Notes: generated from the sequence alone by a model not told the origin. Positions 32,315 to 50,128 are shown, counted from the stretch's first letter. The stretch: DNA of 64,000 nucleotides from Eledone cirrhosa (GCA_964016885.1 OZ024746.1:89280001-89344000); one strand, 5' to 3'. Numbers and translations are program-made.

Positions 32315-32538
32315 TATTTATTAAGATAACAGATTAAAGTTTAAGCAAAGAATCGGGTGCTTTCACCCTTAACGGAATCTTCTGAAGATCCCGTTAAGGG
32401 TGAAAGCAGCGATTCTTTGCTTAAACTTAAATCTGTTATTTTAATAAATATTTGCTCTACGGTTCTTATATATTTGATATATATTTATCCTTATCGAGCC
32501 CTCTTTGGATTTTAGTCTTCAAATTTATTATTATTACT
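32315..32538 (+). mobile_element. Family B fold-back element (palindrome 32315-32450 centred on the HHR core)
   Basis: Centre cttc-t-gaag at 32383; CTGAAGA-tccc gttaa gggt-GAAA-gca..tgc-TT-aaact. Confidence 0.85.
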
Positions 32539-33129
32539 ATATATATATATATCATCTATCTTCGCAGTTTCATCAGGACTGAATTCCCGTCATAGTTCAA
32601 CGAATTACTCGATACTGTAGAATAGTCTTGACACGGAATCGTATAAATATAAAGCAAACATCTTAATAAATCTCCCATGCCGGCCCCATCTATACCTAAA
32701 GCAATCATATTTGGAATGGTTGGCATCAAAGCCTTCGCCATCTATATTTAGTGAATAATATTGATAATAAATGCTGTGATCTGGAACAGAGCGTATCACG
32801 CGATAGGCCGACTGCATCATTATATCCACACACCCAAATAAGTTTTCATAATAAATTAATACTTTTAAGTGAAAATACGTACTGTTTAATGACCACTTGC
32901 CCTCTGTCGCCTTAATTAACGAATAAACGTCTCATAATTATATTCGTTATAAATATTAAATGTTTCTATAATAGGAGGCAAATGATAATGTAATTAATAT
33001 TTATGTCAGATATTGTGCTTCATTAAATACTGTCATGTGTACTGAATATTTATTATAAAGTTGTTTAGCCCCAGGTCGTCTCAGATATATACAATACATA
33101 GGATCATATGCATTTCCGATGCGAATACA

Positions 33130-33527
33130 CAGAACAAGAACAGAACAAGAACAGACCAAGAACCAAGGTACAAGAACCAAGGAACAAGAACCAAGGAACA
33201 AGAACAGAACAAGGAACAAGAAAAAGGAACAAGGAACAAGAAAAAGGAACAAGGTACAAGAAAAAGGAACAAAAACAGAAGAAGGAACAAGAACAGAAGA
33301 AGGAACAAGAACAGAAGAAGGAACAAGAAAAAGGAACAAGAAACAAGAAAAAGGAACAAGAACAGAAGAAGGAACAAGAACAGAAGAAGGAACAAGAACG
33401 GAACAAGAACGGAACAAGAACGGAACAAGAACGGAACAAGGAACAAAGAACAAGGAAGAAGGAACAAGAACAGACCAAGAACCAAGGACCAAGAACCAAG
33501 ATACAAGGAACAAGGAACAAGAAACAA
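33130..33527. repeat. (GAACAA/GGAACAA)n-derived minisatellite with higher-order 18-20 bp units
   Basis: Almost T-free on the plus strand; accounts for the six overlapping spurious ORFs. Confidence 0.95.
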
Positions 33528-34437
33528 ACCAGTTTCTTTTATGATAAGCCGCGGCTATATGGTGACTCGTATACTAAATGTGACTGAATAGTCTAGGCTG
33601 GGAAGGAAATTCTGTCTCAACTATTGTGTTCATCTGATCTCGCAGCGCCAGCTTATCGTCTTTCCTCCACCCAGTGAGCAATGTAACAATGCCAAAAGTC
33701 TTTCGCTAACGGCCAGTGGCTGATGGAATGGAATCAGGAATGGAATCATGTGCCTTTCTAAACGATGGCAGCGGGGTACTCACAAATGATAGCGGTTATT
33801 TTGACCCCTAAACCCCTTAGTATTAATAAAAGCACAAAATCAGTAAAAAAGTTTGAAAAATGGTGAAGAGTTTCGTACAACATATTATATATATATATAC
33901 AGTAACCTGTCGCAGTTTTCAATTTGTCACGCTATCTAACGTATGTTATTACTCTAAGGTGACACATGAAACCAAAGCAACGAAATAAAACCAATCAGAT
34001 CTTGATAACAAACCTGGACCATCTCGATCGATATCAAGCAATATCTCTGATAGGTTTATATGAATCCGGAATCAACAATCCTACTTGCGCAGTATGCAAG
34101 TTTGTGGTATTCGATGACCGAAATATGGACTCACGTTATCTACAGGTCTCCGTTCTGTGCGGCGAACCGGTGTGAAACTAGCAGTAAACCACTGGTGATG
34201 ATATCAGTCACTATCACGTGCCTTTTCCCCAAAGGGAAATAACCCCCGTTTTTTGGCGGGCAAATTCAAAGTGTGAACAAAGGAATTGATTCCATTCCAC
34301 AAATCGAATAAAACTCTCGACTAGACGTAATTAAACAAACATAAATAATTAACCAATCGATAGAATTGTCTAATTAAATAAAATAAATATTATGTCTAGG
34401 AGATAATAATACAAATTGAAGTTTAGTAAAATCGAAG

Positions 34438-34488
<51 letters not shown>

Positions 34489-34740
34489 CAGTCGATCGTC
34501 TTTAGTCGAATCAGACCGAGGAAACAATGTTTCCTTTGGTCTTTTCAATTACTAATACTATCTATCGGTCGCAACTAGAGGTAGAAGGAGCAACGTGAAA
34601 TAATGTCTTGCTCAAGGACATAACCCATAATCTCATGATTGCGAATCCAATTATCTTACCACTCAGTCAGAAGCCTTCACCACCTACAGTATCCTCGAGC
34701 AAAATCAGTCCGGGTTACAGAGTCATTTACATATGTGTTT

Positions 34741-34978
34741 GTGCATAGAACAATATAAACAGAAGTCAGGTGTACGTAGGTAGATATTCCATTGTTTTAC
34801 GATGGGTTTCAGAGGAGATCGATGCATCGACTAGCATGATGTTGGTTACTTTACTAAAAATAGGTAGTAATGTAACCACTACAGTGCTCGTCGATACATC
34901 GTTCTCAATCGACTCTCTGAAACGATCATAAAACAATGAACTATCTACCTACATCTGAGTTTTTAATTGTTCTATGCA
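34741..34978. repeat. Old imperfect ~240-bp palindrome (MITE-like or decayed fold-back element)
   Basis: gtgcatagaacaat..gtaggtagata..cattgtttta..gtttcagag is mirrored by ctctgaaac..taaaacaatg..tatctacctac..attgttctatgcac. Confidence 0.8.
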
Positions 34979-37131
34979 CACACACACACGCGTGCCTTTG
35001 AGGGATATTTTATTCATTTTTATATATACAAGCAAATCGGGCGTCTTCCATTTAGTCATACGAATTTACGTGGATCTCACCAGTTTCACCACTGCGTATT
35101 CAGTTATTCAATCAATTGAGCTACATAGCAATCGAATAAATCTGGAAGGGATTGTGTAGTTCACACATATGTTTACCGTTAATATAACCACAGGCGGAAT
35201 TAGTGTGACGAACTAGTGCTTAGGGAATTTTCATAAGAGTTACAATCTCTTCAAAAGGGATTTACATCTACCTAATTTCCCTCGTATTGTTTGGGTTGAC
35301 TCAAGGTTATGTTAAAGACGATAGTCGAAAATGCCATGCAGTCAGATTGAAACCACGAAGGGCTGATTGTAAATCAAACTTCTTGGACTTTCAAAACTCT
35401 TTAATTAAACTGTGAATGTATTAGAGGTTCGTATTTTATTATAAAGTACGTATTTGTATTTCAGTAAATTCATTGAGGGGGTGCATTCACCATGGATATC
35501 TCACAGTGTATTTGACGGCAGGATACGAACAGTCGTATAATTATTCTGATAATCTAACAACTCTAACGAAGTGCCCAGCAACGCTTCTTAATGGCAGCAA
35601 CTGTTTAGCTAATAACATGTTTTATTCCTCTGTTAGATAATAGCATAATACAATCTCAGAAAATAGACAGCAATGAAACGAGTGAGGCTTTTATCTCCTT
35701 TGTTAGAATATCAGGTTTTAGAAGTTTTTCTTCTTCCCCTATGTCTCTGATAGCACTTCTATAATACCATCATTTTGGCGAAATGCTATTTCATAAAATG
35801 GGAATGTATATGCATGCTAAACTGCTTTTGTATGAGATATCTCTTTCTTGCTGTTGTTTCATCCATACACGTTCTGAAGCAACATTTTCGAGATACTGAC
35901 TGGCTGATTCTAATTTCCTTTTCTTCTACATGTGAGTATTACGTTAGCTTATCAATGCAACAAAATGGACCCTTTAGTAGAAGCAAATAAGAATGACACA
36001 AAAAAGCTCGTTTTATTCATACTTCAATGTAAGAGAAAGATATATCAGAAAAAGAAGAGAAAAATCTGAAGAACGACAGTGACATTACTAGAATACCGGT
36101 CAGTAAAAGGGTGAATTATGTAAGAATAGGATTTATTGTTGCTTATCTACTGGATTTTAAAGATAAAACCGGTGTTAAGAACAGAACTAACCACAGAAGC
36201 AGAAAAATATAGATTAACAAGCATAACACACACAACGTAGTAATAACCAAAGAGGGAGTAAAGAGAAGAGATAAAGTAATAATGAAAAAAAGGAAAAGAT
36301 GCAATTAATTATGATATTCTTTGAGGCATATTTAGAAGACAAGAAAAAAAAAACGGGAAATCCGAATCTGCGTGTAGGACAACTACATGAAGTTAATCAG
36401 CAATACAATGACATCAAAATGGTATAGCTTTCCTTCGCATCAATATCTTTATGCCCGATTAGAAACTGCACCAAACGTGCATGTTACATGTTAAAGTAGA
36501 AGAGATAACACCCGGTTTGAGTTGAGGTTATATACGGAGTATTTCACAACTCTCACACTAACGGAATCAATAATCTTAATACCGCAAGGGAAGATTCCAA
36601 TAAAAACCGATAAACTCTGTTGGAAGGAGAATATTTGATTAAAATATATCCACATACACACATACATTAACTTAAATACATACATATATACATGCATATA
36701 CATGAATACATATATACATATATACATATAGATGCAAATACATGCATGAATATATGTAGATACACACATGCGTACGTGAATGATTATGCATAATATACAT
36801 TGCCTTTTTTTCTTTGAGCATTTTTTCAGAGTTTTTATAATCTCCGAGAATTTCACCAGTTTATGTCAATTTATAAGGGACATATGTTCAGTTATGTGAA
36901 CAGGAATACACAATATAATAATACAAAAATAGATAAATAACTTGAGATAGTTAAACGTAAGCGGTCAATTGCCCGTTCGAATTACGTAACTGGCATTAAG
37001 TTGTATATATGTTCTCCACGACACCTAGATTTCAAAAAACTTAATCAAACACGATGTATTAAGATAATGAAGGATACCACTACAAAAGCCTCTCGTTACA
37101 GGTGCACTGTTGATGGCGTGTTTAATCATTG

Positions 37132-37290
37132 ACGTAGGTATAGCTGTGTAATTAAATAGTTTGCTCTTGGCAGACACATGGTTTCAGGTTATATCCTACC
37201 TTGGGAAAGTTTCGTCTACTATAGCCGTTGGTTTAAAAATCGCTTGTGAAATCTGGTAGACGGAACTTGTGTAGAAGCCAATCGTATCTT
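37132..37290 (+). mobile_element. Decayed tRNA-derived SINE head
   Basis: gctgtgt..cacatggtt..ccttgggaaagt..tctactatagcc..ggtagacggaa resembles an abundant octopus SINE (from memory). Confidence 0.55.
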
Positions 37291-37315
37291 CCTTACTTTA
37301 TTTCTCTCTCGCTCA

Positions 37316-37358
<43 letters not shown>

Positions 37359-37982
37359 TATCAAGGGAGTGTAACTTGGAGTTACTGTAGGTTCACCCGG
37401 GTGAGCACTCGATCTTTAGGTTCACTTCAGTGTCGAGGTGTAGAACTATACAGAGTGTATTGAAATCGGCCATAAACTGAAGATATGACGTTATTATAAA
37501 CTGCAGACACACCAGAATGACCACCTTTTCTGTACAAACATTCGGCCGCGGGCCAAACACTAACCCTGACCCAACATAGGGATAACCAACTTTGCTTTCC
37601 CACACCGTCCCTCATCTCAAAACTATTGTGTTCTATGTGTCTTCTCTGTCAGGTATTAACTTGTAACCCATCGTCAAATCCGACCCTGTAAATATGATGT
37701 CAAACAAATCATCCCCACAACCACCACACACATCACCATTCGTCCACCATCCCCCAGTCCAGTGCACTGTGTTCCCTATGTCACTTTTTAACCTGTATTC
37801 CATCGTAAAATTCGACCCTGCAAATATCATGTCGCAACCACCACCACCACCAGACACATCGCCATACCTACACAATAATCAACATCACCAACACGAATAA
37901 TCCCTCCTTAAACAACGCATGTGTGTGTGTCTGTATGTAGACATATCTGTACGAACGCCATCCCCACTGACTCTCTCTCCCC

Positions 37983-38069
<87 letters not shown>

Positions 38070-38072
<3 letters not shown>

Positions 38073-39130
38073 TAGCGAGGTTTTTGATATGAAATCGTGT
38101 GTCGAAACAAATATTGTTATACTTGGGGAGGGTCATATCTGTGTAATAATATTGCCAGAATTAATAACAGAACACACTCACTGTTTGGTTGGTTTTCGCT
38201 TCTGTGTCTTTTATATCGGTTAATTTAATTTATTCGGTCCTCAATGTTGCCATTCACTGACCAACGGTCAAAAATACAGATACAGTATAGACACAAACAC
38301 ATATATATAGTCTATCAAAGTTATTTCGTTGCACATCTGCAACATCGTCAGTGGTGCTATTGTTTCCCCCCGTTGCATTGTATGTCTACGCCATCTATAT
38401 TTAGTCTGTTTATATATTTATTTATTTGTTTATTTTTTTGTCTTCTTTGCGCATGCTTTTGCGTGTGTGTATAGTGTTTTGTTTGATGTGTGTTCGTGTT
38501 TGGGTGACTATGTATTGGTTAATGTATTCTATCTTTACTAGTGTGTGTTTATATGTGTTTGTTGTTATTGTGCTTGTGTATGTATTTATTTATTTATCTA
38601 TTTATTTATTTATTTATTTATACTTCTCTTAGGTCAGTGTTGTTGGTTTGGGTGTTGTTGTTATTCCATTCATTTTTTCTGTTTAGCCTTGGCCTTCTAA
38701 GTTCTATTTCACTGGCCTCTCTGATTTGCCTATCTGATGGGTCATTTCTATGTTTAGATATTATTCTAATTTCTATGTTGTCTATGTTACCGTCGTGTTG
38801 TTATCTGGCATGTTCGTATAGTACTGAACCGTTTTTTCGTCCTTTTAGTTCCCCCCAGTGTTGGTCTATCCTTTCACGTATGCTACGAGCTGTCTTGCCT
38901 ATGTATGTTGTTGTCATGTTTCTGCAAGTACCCTCTGTACATCTTATGCTATAGACTACGTTTCTAGTTTTACAGTTTATCCGGGGGTTTACTTTACATA
39001 TGATACATTTCCTATTAGTACAGTGGGTTTTCTTAAAAGGGTAGGTTTTGCTGATCAGGGATTTTATGGTGGTTCCTGGCTTTTCTACCACCTTAATCTT
39101 TAAGTGCGTCTTTCTCAGGGCCTTTCTACA
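38070..39130 (-). mobile_element. 5'-truncated Penelope-like element: GIY-YIG endonuclease end plus family C pLTR (HHR core 38316-38353)
   Basis: ORF 38801-39136: C..C..NCKTRNVVYSIRC...YIGKTARSIRERIDQH..SVLYEH; continues past a stop as RQIREA..P.LN. Confidence 0.9.
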
Positions 39131-40437
39131 CTTCAAAAATAGATACCTTATAATATGATTAATCTTCCCTCTATATATTCCATTAAAGAAATATATTTCA
39201 CCAAGTAACCGAATGGTAAACCACGGAGGCCAATACTTTGATTTTCAACAAGGAAGAAGTCCAGCGATCTGTTTTTACACATTAAGTTCAAATCAGCGAC
39301 TGGCCAGTAACACGTTTTGTATCTACTAAAAATACACACATCATACCAGCTTCGTCCCAGTGGCGTGAATAGGGTTATCGACAACTAGAAACAGCAGTCA
39401 AGTCCTTTCAACAGAGTTAGCTCTACAATTAAGGAGCCGTATTTATATATCTATATCCAAAATTAAGATAAATCAAAATGAATTTAATCTAAATCAAAAT
39501 TATGGGTGTCATGCTAGAAAGGCATGCGCCAGATCACCAGTAAAATAAGCTCCAAGATTCTAATGAACAGGTCCGAGCATTTTATAACAACTAGAAATTG
39601 ATTAACATATAAATAAACATATGAAACAATCACAGGGGATAATTTTTACAAGTGTGTAAGCACACATAGCTAGGTAGGTAACTAAATAAAGTTAACTAGA
39701 ACTTCAAAAATAGATACCTTATAATATGATTAATCTTCCCTGTATATATTCCATTAAAGAAATATATTTCACCAATTAATCGAATGGTAAACCACGGAGG
39801 CCGATACTTGGATTTTCAACAAGGAAGAAGTCTAGCGATCTGTGTTTACGCATTTATCTTAATTTTGGATATAGATATATAAATACGGCTCCTTAATTGT
39901 AGAGCTAACTCTGTTGAAAGGACTTGACTGCTGTTTCTAGTTGCCGATAACCCTATTCACGCCACTGGGACGAAGCTGGTATGATGTGTGTATTTTTAGT
40001 AGATACAGCACATGTTACTGGCCAGTCGCTGATTTGAACTTAATGCGTAAACACAGATCGCTGGACTTCTTCCTTGTTGAAAATCCAAGTATCGGCCTCC
40101 GTGGTTTACCATTCGATTAATTGGTGAAATATATTTCTTTATTGAAATATATACAGGGAAGATTAATCATATTATAAGGTATCTATTTTTTAAGTTCTAG
40201 TTAACTTTATTTAGTTACCTACCTAGCTATGTGTGCTTACACACTTGTAAAAATTATCCCCTGTGATTGTTTTATATGTTTATTTATATGTTAATCAATG
40301 TCTAGTTGTTATAAAATGCTTGGACCTATTCATTAGAATCTTGGAGCTTATTTTACGGGTGATATGGCGCATGCCTTTCTGGCATGACACCCATAATTTT
40401 GATTTAGATTAAATTCATTTTGATTTATGTTAATTTT

Positions 40438-40444
<7 letters not shown>
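39130..40444. mobile_element. 571-bp unit in tandem (1.27 copies, 39130-39854) followed by one full inverted, circularly permuted unit (39853-40444)
   Basis: acttcaaaaatagatacc occurs at 39130 and 39701; the inverted unit begins and ends with ttaattttggatata. Confidence 0.9.
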
Positions 40445-40487
<43 letters not shown>

Positions 40488-40491
<4 letters not shown>

Positions 40492-40825
40492 AAGTTAGAT
40501 AAAAGTCAAATGATTAAAATTCAGCTTCGTTTATTACTGCTATATATATTTCAGTGACAGCCATCTTTGGCTGTGACCTCTTCAGGCAGTTTGAATTAGT
40601 ATGGTATGGACAAGTACATACTAATTCAAACTGCCTGAAGAGGTCACAGCCAAAGATGGCTGTCACTGAAATATATATAGCAGTAATAAACGAAGCTAAA
40701 TTTTAATCATTTGACTTTTATTTAACTTTATTTTACACTACTCCGGAGTAACCAAACCAACCTGCGCACTTCGTCGAGTGCTCCAGCCTGCATACTGAGG
40801 TGTTGGTATACAACCAACATAAACT

Positions 40826-40828
<3 letters not shown>
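40488..40828 (+). mobile_element. Fold-back element with 116-bp arms (40488-40603 and 40617-40732), complete HHR in each arm
   Basis: Near-perfect inverted repeat; tail with cGAGTGCtcc; TA-flanked. Confidence 0.92.
40630..40684 (+). ncRNA. Hammerhead ribozyme (mirror copy 40536-40590 on minus)
   Basis: actgc-CTGAAGA-ggtcacagcca aaga tggctgtcact-GAAA-TATATA-TA-gcagt-AATAAA. Confidence 0.92.
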
Positions 40829-45035
<4,207 letters not shown>

Positions 45036-45222
45036 TAGGTTTGTTGGTTCCCCACTGGATAGACTTGGTCATTCAGTATGGTCAACGTCGATGAAATATA
45101 GAGAGCACTTAACGTAATGCAACTCACCCGTCTTCGTTTGTGTAGTTGGTGGCGCGAGTACGGAGTTAATTATTATAAAATAGCAGGAGGCTGGACTGGT
45201 GTAATTCCTTAAAAGGTTTATT

Positions 45223-45280
45223 ATACTATGATCAGTGCAATGACCGGGTTCAGTATGAATCCAGTGACATCATCAGGTAT
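45223..45280 (-). ncRNA. Decayed hammerhead (GAAA->GCAC) in TA-flanked element 45031-45391
   Basis: Minus strand: atac-CTGATGA-..actggattca tac tgaacccggt..-gcac-TGATCA-TA-gtat-AATAAA. Confidence 0.6.
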
Positions 45281-45388
45281 TCGAAATATAACAAAAGAAT
45301 ATAATAGAAAAGATCCATGGGGCAGAAAATCAGAGACATGAGAGCGACCGAACATTTATCAGCTTCTACTCCGGTCGGCCGCCCACAA

Positions 45389-45437
<49 letters not shown>

Positions 45438-46563
45438 CACACACATTTATATGTACAATGTGTGTGTATGTAGCTATTGAGTTTACACACGTGTATGTTT
45501 GAATGTTTGAATTTATGTTTCACGTTTATATAAAATCTATGTATTTATCGCTATTTCGATGATATATATGTCTATATATATACATATATGGGTGTGAATG
45601 TATGTGTATATATATGTATATAGATATGTGAGTGTGATTATATATATACGTACACATATTAAAGCATAGACACACACCCATTATATATATATATGTGTGT
45701 GTGTGTCTGTTTTAATAAGTGTACGTATATATTTAATTACACTCACATATCTATATACATATATATATATATATATATATACACACATTCACACGCATAT
45801 ATGTATGTATATATATGTATATATACATACACAATTCTTATCAATAATCACTTTATACCATTGTTTTCCTTAATGTGTGGATATTGATTTTTAAACTCTA
45901 TTATAGTTATATTAATACCGTGAAAAATACGAAAAACATAACAACACTTGATGGATTTTATTTTGATATATTCGCTTTCTAGCAGCAATTCTTCTGATCT
46001 CACTCTATGGATTATACCAAGTGGAAATTCAGCATATAATCTAATTATTCATCAACATGCGCATGCGCAGAATAGATTTTCCATAAACCTGGAGGTATTT
46101 ACATGTTTATCTTACATTGGTAAGGTGTGAATACCGATAATGTATTGATAACTTTTACACGAATCCTTGAAATATTTGTATAAAGTGACGAATTTCATTC
46201 TTTTTCAGTTTTAATTTCATTATATTTCCGATATCATAGAGAACCACGTGTTATGCTTCGGATTGTAAGTGATAAAATGAATGTAATCATATACTGTGAA
46301 ACAATTTCAATTCTCGCTTGAATCTAATTCCATTTTATTTTCAACAATAATACACATTTAATATCACTTCATCGGAGAGGAGAGCATAAAAAAGTGTCAG
46401 AGATAGATTTATATCTTAGTGTTTCTCAATTTACTTGATAAATAGGTATTTATCTGTTGAAAGTATATCATACATTTTTAAACTGAGAATATAGAACAAA
46501 ATATAGTTAAAATTCAGATGCACCCAACGCGCGGCAGCTTAACTTGTACAAGGGTTTTTACTG

Positions 46564-46624
<61 letters not shown>

Positions 46625-47210
46625 GTGTGTGTTTCGTGTCTATATATACACTTGTGTTTATGTGTCATAGTGGTTCGACACAAACAGATAGAAAACGAGA
46701 TGTACCATTCACTGGTGTCGACTACATCATTTTAAGGAGGTGTCCTGTCATTTCAGTGGTATAAAGACTAGCTGAATTAAAATAATATTGTCCACAATCA
46801 TTCACCAAGCTTACTTGACGCAACGCAACTTCTTTTAACGTGTTATGAGTTTCCTAGTACCACGAATAATATGCAAATCTACTTTGGCTCTTTAAATTTG
46901 AGAGTAAAATATCAAACAAATTGATACCTGTGAAAATGTTTAAAACATATTTCCCTTAACACGGTTACCTTTCTATTCAGTTCATGCTACGTTCACACAC
47001 ACACACATTCACACACATATAGACATACACAAACATGACACACACACACTTGAGAATTTGGTTTTGGTTGGTTGATTATCAAGTCTGGTGATCAGATAGG
47101 GCGGGAGTCGGCTTTATAGAATATATATATAGACTGTGAGCCAACCATCTGTGAAACGGTCATAGCTGTATAATCAATTCGAATGTTAATGTGAAACATC
47201 GTTTTGTTTT

Positions 47211-47297
<87 letters not shown>

Positions 47298-48789
47298 TAT
47301 GTATGCATGCTTGTAAAAGGTAAATAGAAATAACAACACAATCGGTACAGTGTATGGAAGGGATATATGAAGCAGCACTAAATAATTTACAGTTCTTAGG
47401 TGTATTTATTTCCATACTAAGTTTAATGTCACAACAACCAGTTATTCATCAAGCCAAAGCTGTTACAGTAAAGATCAAGCATGTATTTAAAATAGATTAA
47501 TTTGGCAGCGAAAATTAGAAGTAATTCTGCCAACCTAAGGCCCCATTATACTGTTATTTGCATTGTTCCACGCTAGGATTTGATTATTAACAAAATATTC
47601 AAGCTGAAATCCCTTAATCCATTAGAAATCTGAAGATACTGTCTCGTTATTTTAAAATGTTGACCTTTGTCCTAACATGTTGGACTGGATTATAAAATAC
47701 ATATATTTCTTCATTGTTACCTCCTCGCTCACGAGGATATATGAGTTTTATATATATAAACCAATACGGATTTTACCAAATGACTGCATTTACGGTGTGT
47801 TAATGTTTAGTTGCGGACACCTCAAAAATCTTGCTAGATCAATATGGTATATTTCTTTTGGAAACGAGTCAATCGCTTTTGGTTTATTCGTCAATGATTT
47901 AGGAGATGATATTTGGCCGACGCTGATAGAAGTGCCAGATAAAAGAGCAGAAATACAATGGTACATATATCAACGGTGAAATTGCTGAATCTATGGCCAA
48001 GATACCGAAATCTCCCTCTCTATATATTCTCCCTCCCTATCTCTCTCTCCCTCTTTATCTCTCTCTTTCCCTCTCTCACCACCTCCCTTTCACACCCTCT
48101 CTCTCTCTTTACATATATATATATATATATATAGATCTCTCACACATATATTCTCCCTGTCTTGGTTTCTTTCATTCTATGTACCGCTATCTATATAGCT
48201 GTAAATAAGAATCATTGTTCGCAGCTCACCGCTGTTAATAGTAGTCAGAATTAATGTAAATTTTAATGCGAAATTCGTTATCCCGGCAGTGTTGCATTTC
48301 TTTAAAAAAAATCTGTGTATATGAGGTGAATGAGAGTAAAGTAGTCTATACATCACCACGAACTGTTGAAATCGACAGGGCAATTTTCGAGTAATAAATC
48401 TCTTACCTTAACGTTCAACCGTTTGTGGACGAGCAAGTGTTATGATTATCAGCTGCAGCAACTCAACTAGCATCTTCACCCGACTCAATATCACATTTAT
48501 CATGATCAGCAACATGATCATGTCCATTACGATTCCCATTTGAATCATTTTCTTAGGTAGAGGATAGTGTAAAGATATATGTTGTAATGTCAGCTCAGAT
48601 ATTTAAAATGTTGCTTGCAGTTTTATTAGGATAAAAGTGGTTCGGATTGTTAAATACGATAGTTTGCATACACACACATCACAACGTAAAACACGCTAAC
48701 TCACAAAACGCATAACTCACAACGTACAATGCACAAGGCGCACAGGTTAAATATACAACACATAGGTTCGTGACTATGTCAGAGCTACC

Positions 48790-49810
48790 TCAGTGTCGGA
48801 ATAAGAGCGGTGATTGCATCAGCATCGTACGGCCAGATGATGATGCATTATATAGAATATCTTTGCAGCAACGAGTTACGGCCCATTATGGTCTGAGTTC
48901 AAATCCCGCCGAGGTTAACTTTGCCATTCATCCTTACGGGGTCGATAAAATAAAGTACCAGTAATGTACTGGGTATTTGTTGGCCTTGTGTCAAGAGTAG
49001 AACAATTATATAGAATTTCTACGGTGGATTGGCAGTATCGGTAAAGAGTCTGACACCAGGCTTTGTAGCATAGAGTTACGTGCCTTTATGATCTGAGTTC
49101 AAATCCCGCCAAGGTTAACTATGCCTTTCATCCTTACGGGGTCGATAAAATAAAATACCAGTAATGTACTGGTTAATTGCTGGCCTTGTGTCAAAAGTAG
49201 AACAATTATATAGAATATCACTGTATAGAATTTGAAAAATGAAATTATTCCAGGTGAAGTCCTATTTACATATAGTTATGTATAATGAGAAGGCGCATGG
49301 CTTAGTTGTTAAAGCGTCGGACTTACAATCGTCAGGTTGGGAGTTCGATTCTCGGACCGGGCTTTGCGTTGTATTCCTGAGCAAGAAACTGGATTGGAAG
49401 TATCGGTAGAGAGTCGGACGCAATGCTTTCTAGCATAATTACGTCCTTTTACAGACTGAGTTCAAATCCCACCGAGGTTAACTTTGCCTTTCATCCTTAC
49501 GGGGTCGATAAAATAAAGTACCAGTAATGCACTGGGTAATTGCTGGCCTTGTGCCAAATGTAGAAACAATTATTTTATGTTGTTCCAGTTTACTCCGCTG
49601 TAGAAATGAGTTGTGACGTCACTGGTGCCAAGATGTATCGGCCATTGTCTTTCTCTTGGACAACATCGGTGGCGTGGTGAGGGGAGACTAGTATGCATGG
49701 ACGACTGCTGGTCTTCCACAAACAACCTTACTCGGACTTGTGCCTTGGATATGAATTTTCTAGGTGCAAATTCCATGGTCATTCGTGACCGAAGAGGGGA
49801 GAGTCTTTAG
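48790..49810 (+). mobile_element. SINE cluster: two tandem copies (about 48790-49010 and 49022-49210) and a third (49391-49570) nested in a different tRNA-headed SINE (49290-49810)
   Basis: Three near-identical cores; the outer SINE has A/B boxes (tggcttagttgtt; gttcgattc) and resumes after 49570. Confidence 0.85.
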
Positions 49811-50128
49811 ACTTTTTTATGTATAATAAACACACATATTGTTGCTGAAGGTATTTTAAGCTAATTAGAATTAACGGGTTATGGTTCGAGTTCTCACGGT
49901 TTTTCTTCTCGGTTTTCTTCTCTTAAAGATGATTTTTTAATTATACCGTTTTAAGTTTGCTGCTAAAAGACTTTTTCAAAATGTTCCCTCATCTGGTACC
50001 ATTTTCTGATTTAGAACGGCGCGTCTTTGTGTGCATGCGGGCATGTGTATATGCATATATGTTTAAATATATCTTTCTATTTATCGACACATCCACTCAC
50101 CTCACTTGTACATATATATTATAGATGC

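Noticed and set aside
33001-33591. Six overlapping long ORFs in all frames
   Set aside because: Artefact of the GAACAA minisatellite lacking stop codons.
36491-36640. Possible minus-strand host exon after the acceptor-like ttctccttccaacag
   Set aside because: No recognisable protein, stops in all frames within 45 codons, no supporting neighbouring exons.
49290-49362. tRNA gene
   Set aside because: A/B boxes present but no clean cloverleaf; continues into a SINE body.
48790-49570. Repeated ~200-bp units as a CRISPR-like array
   Set aside because: SINE copies; no short repeat / unique spacer structure and no cas genes; eukaryotic context.
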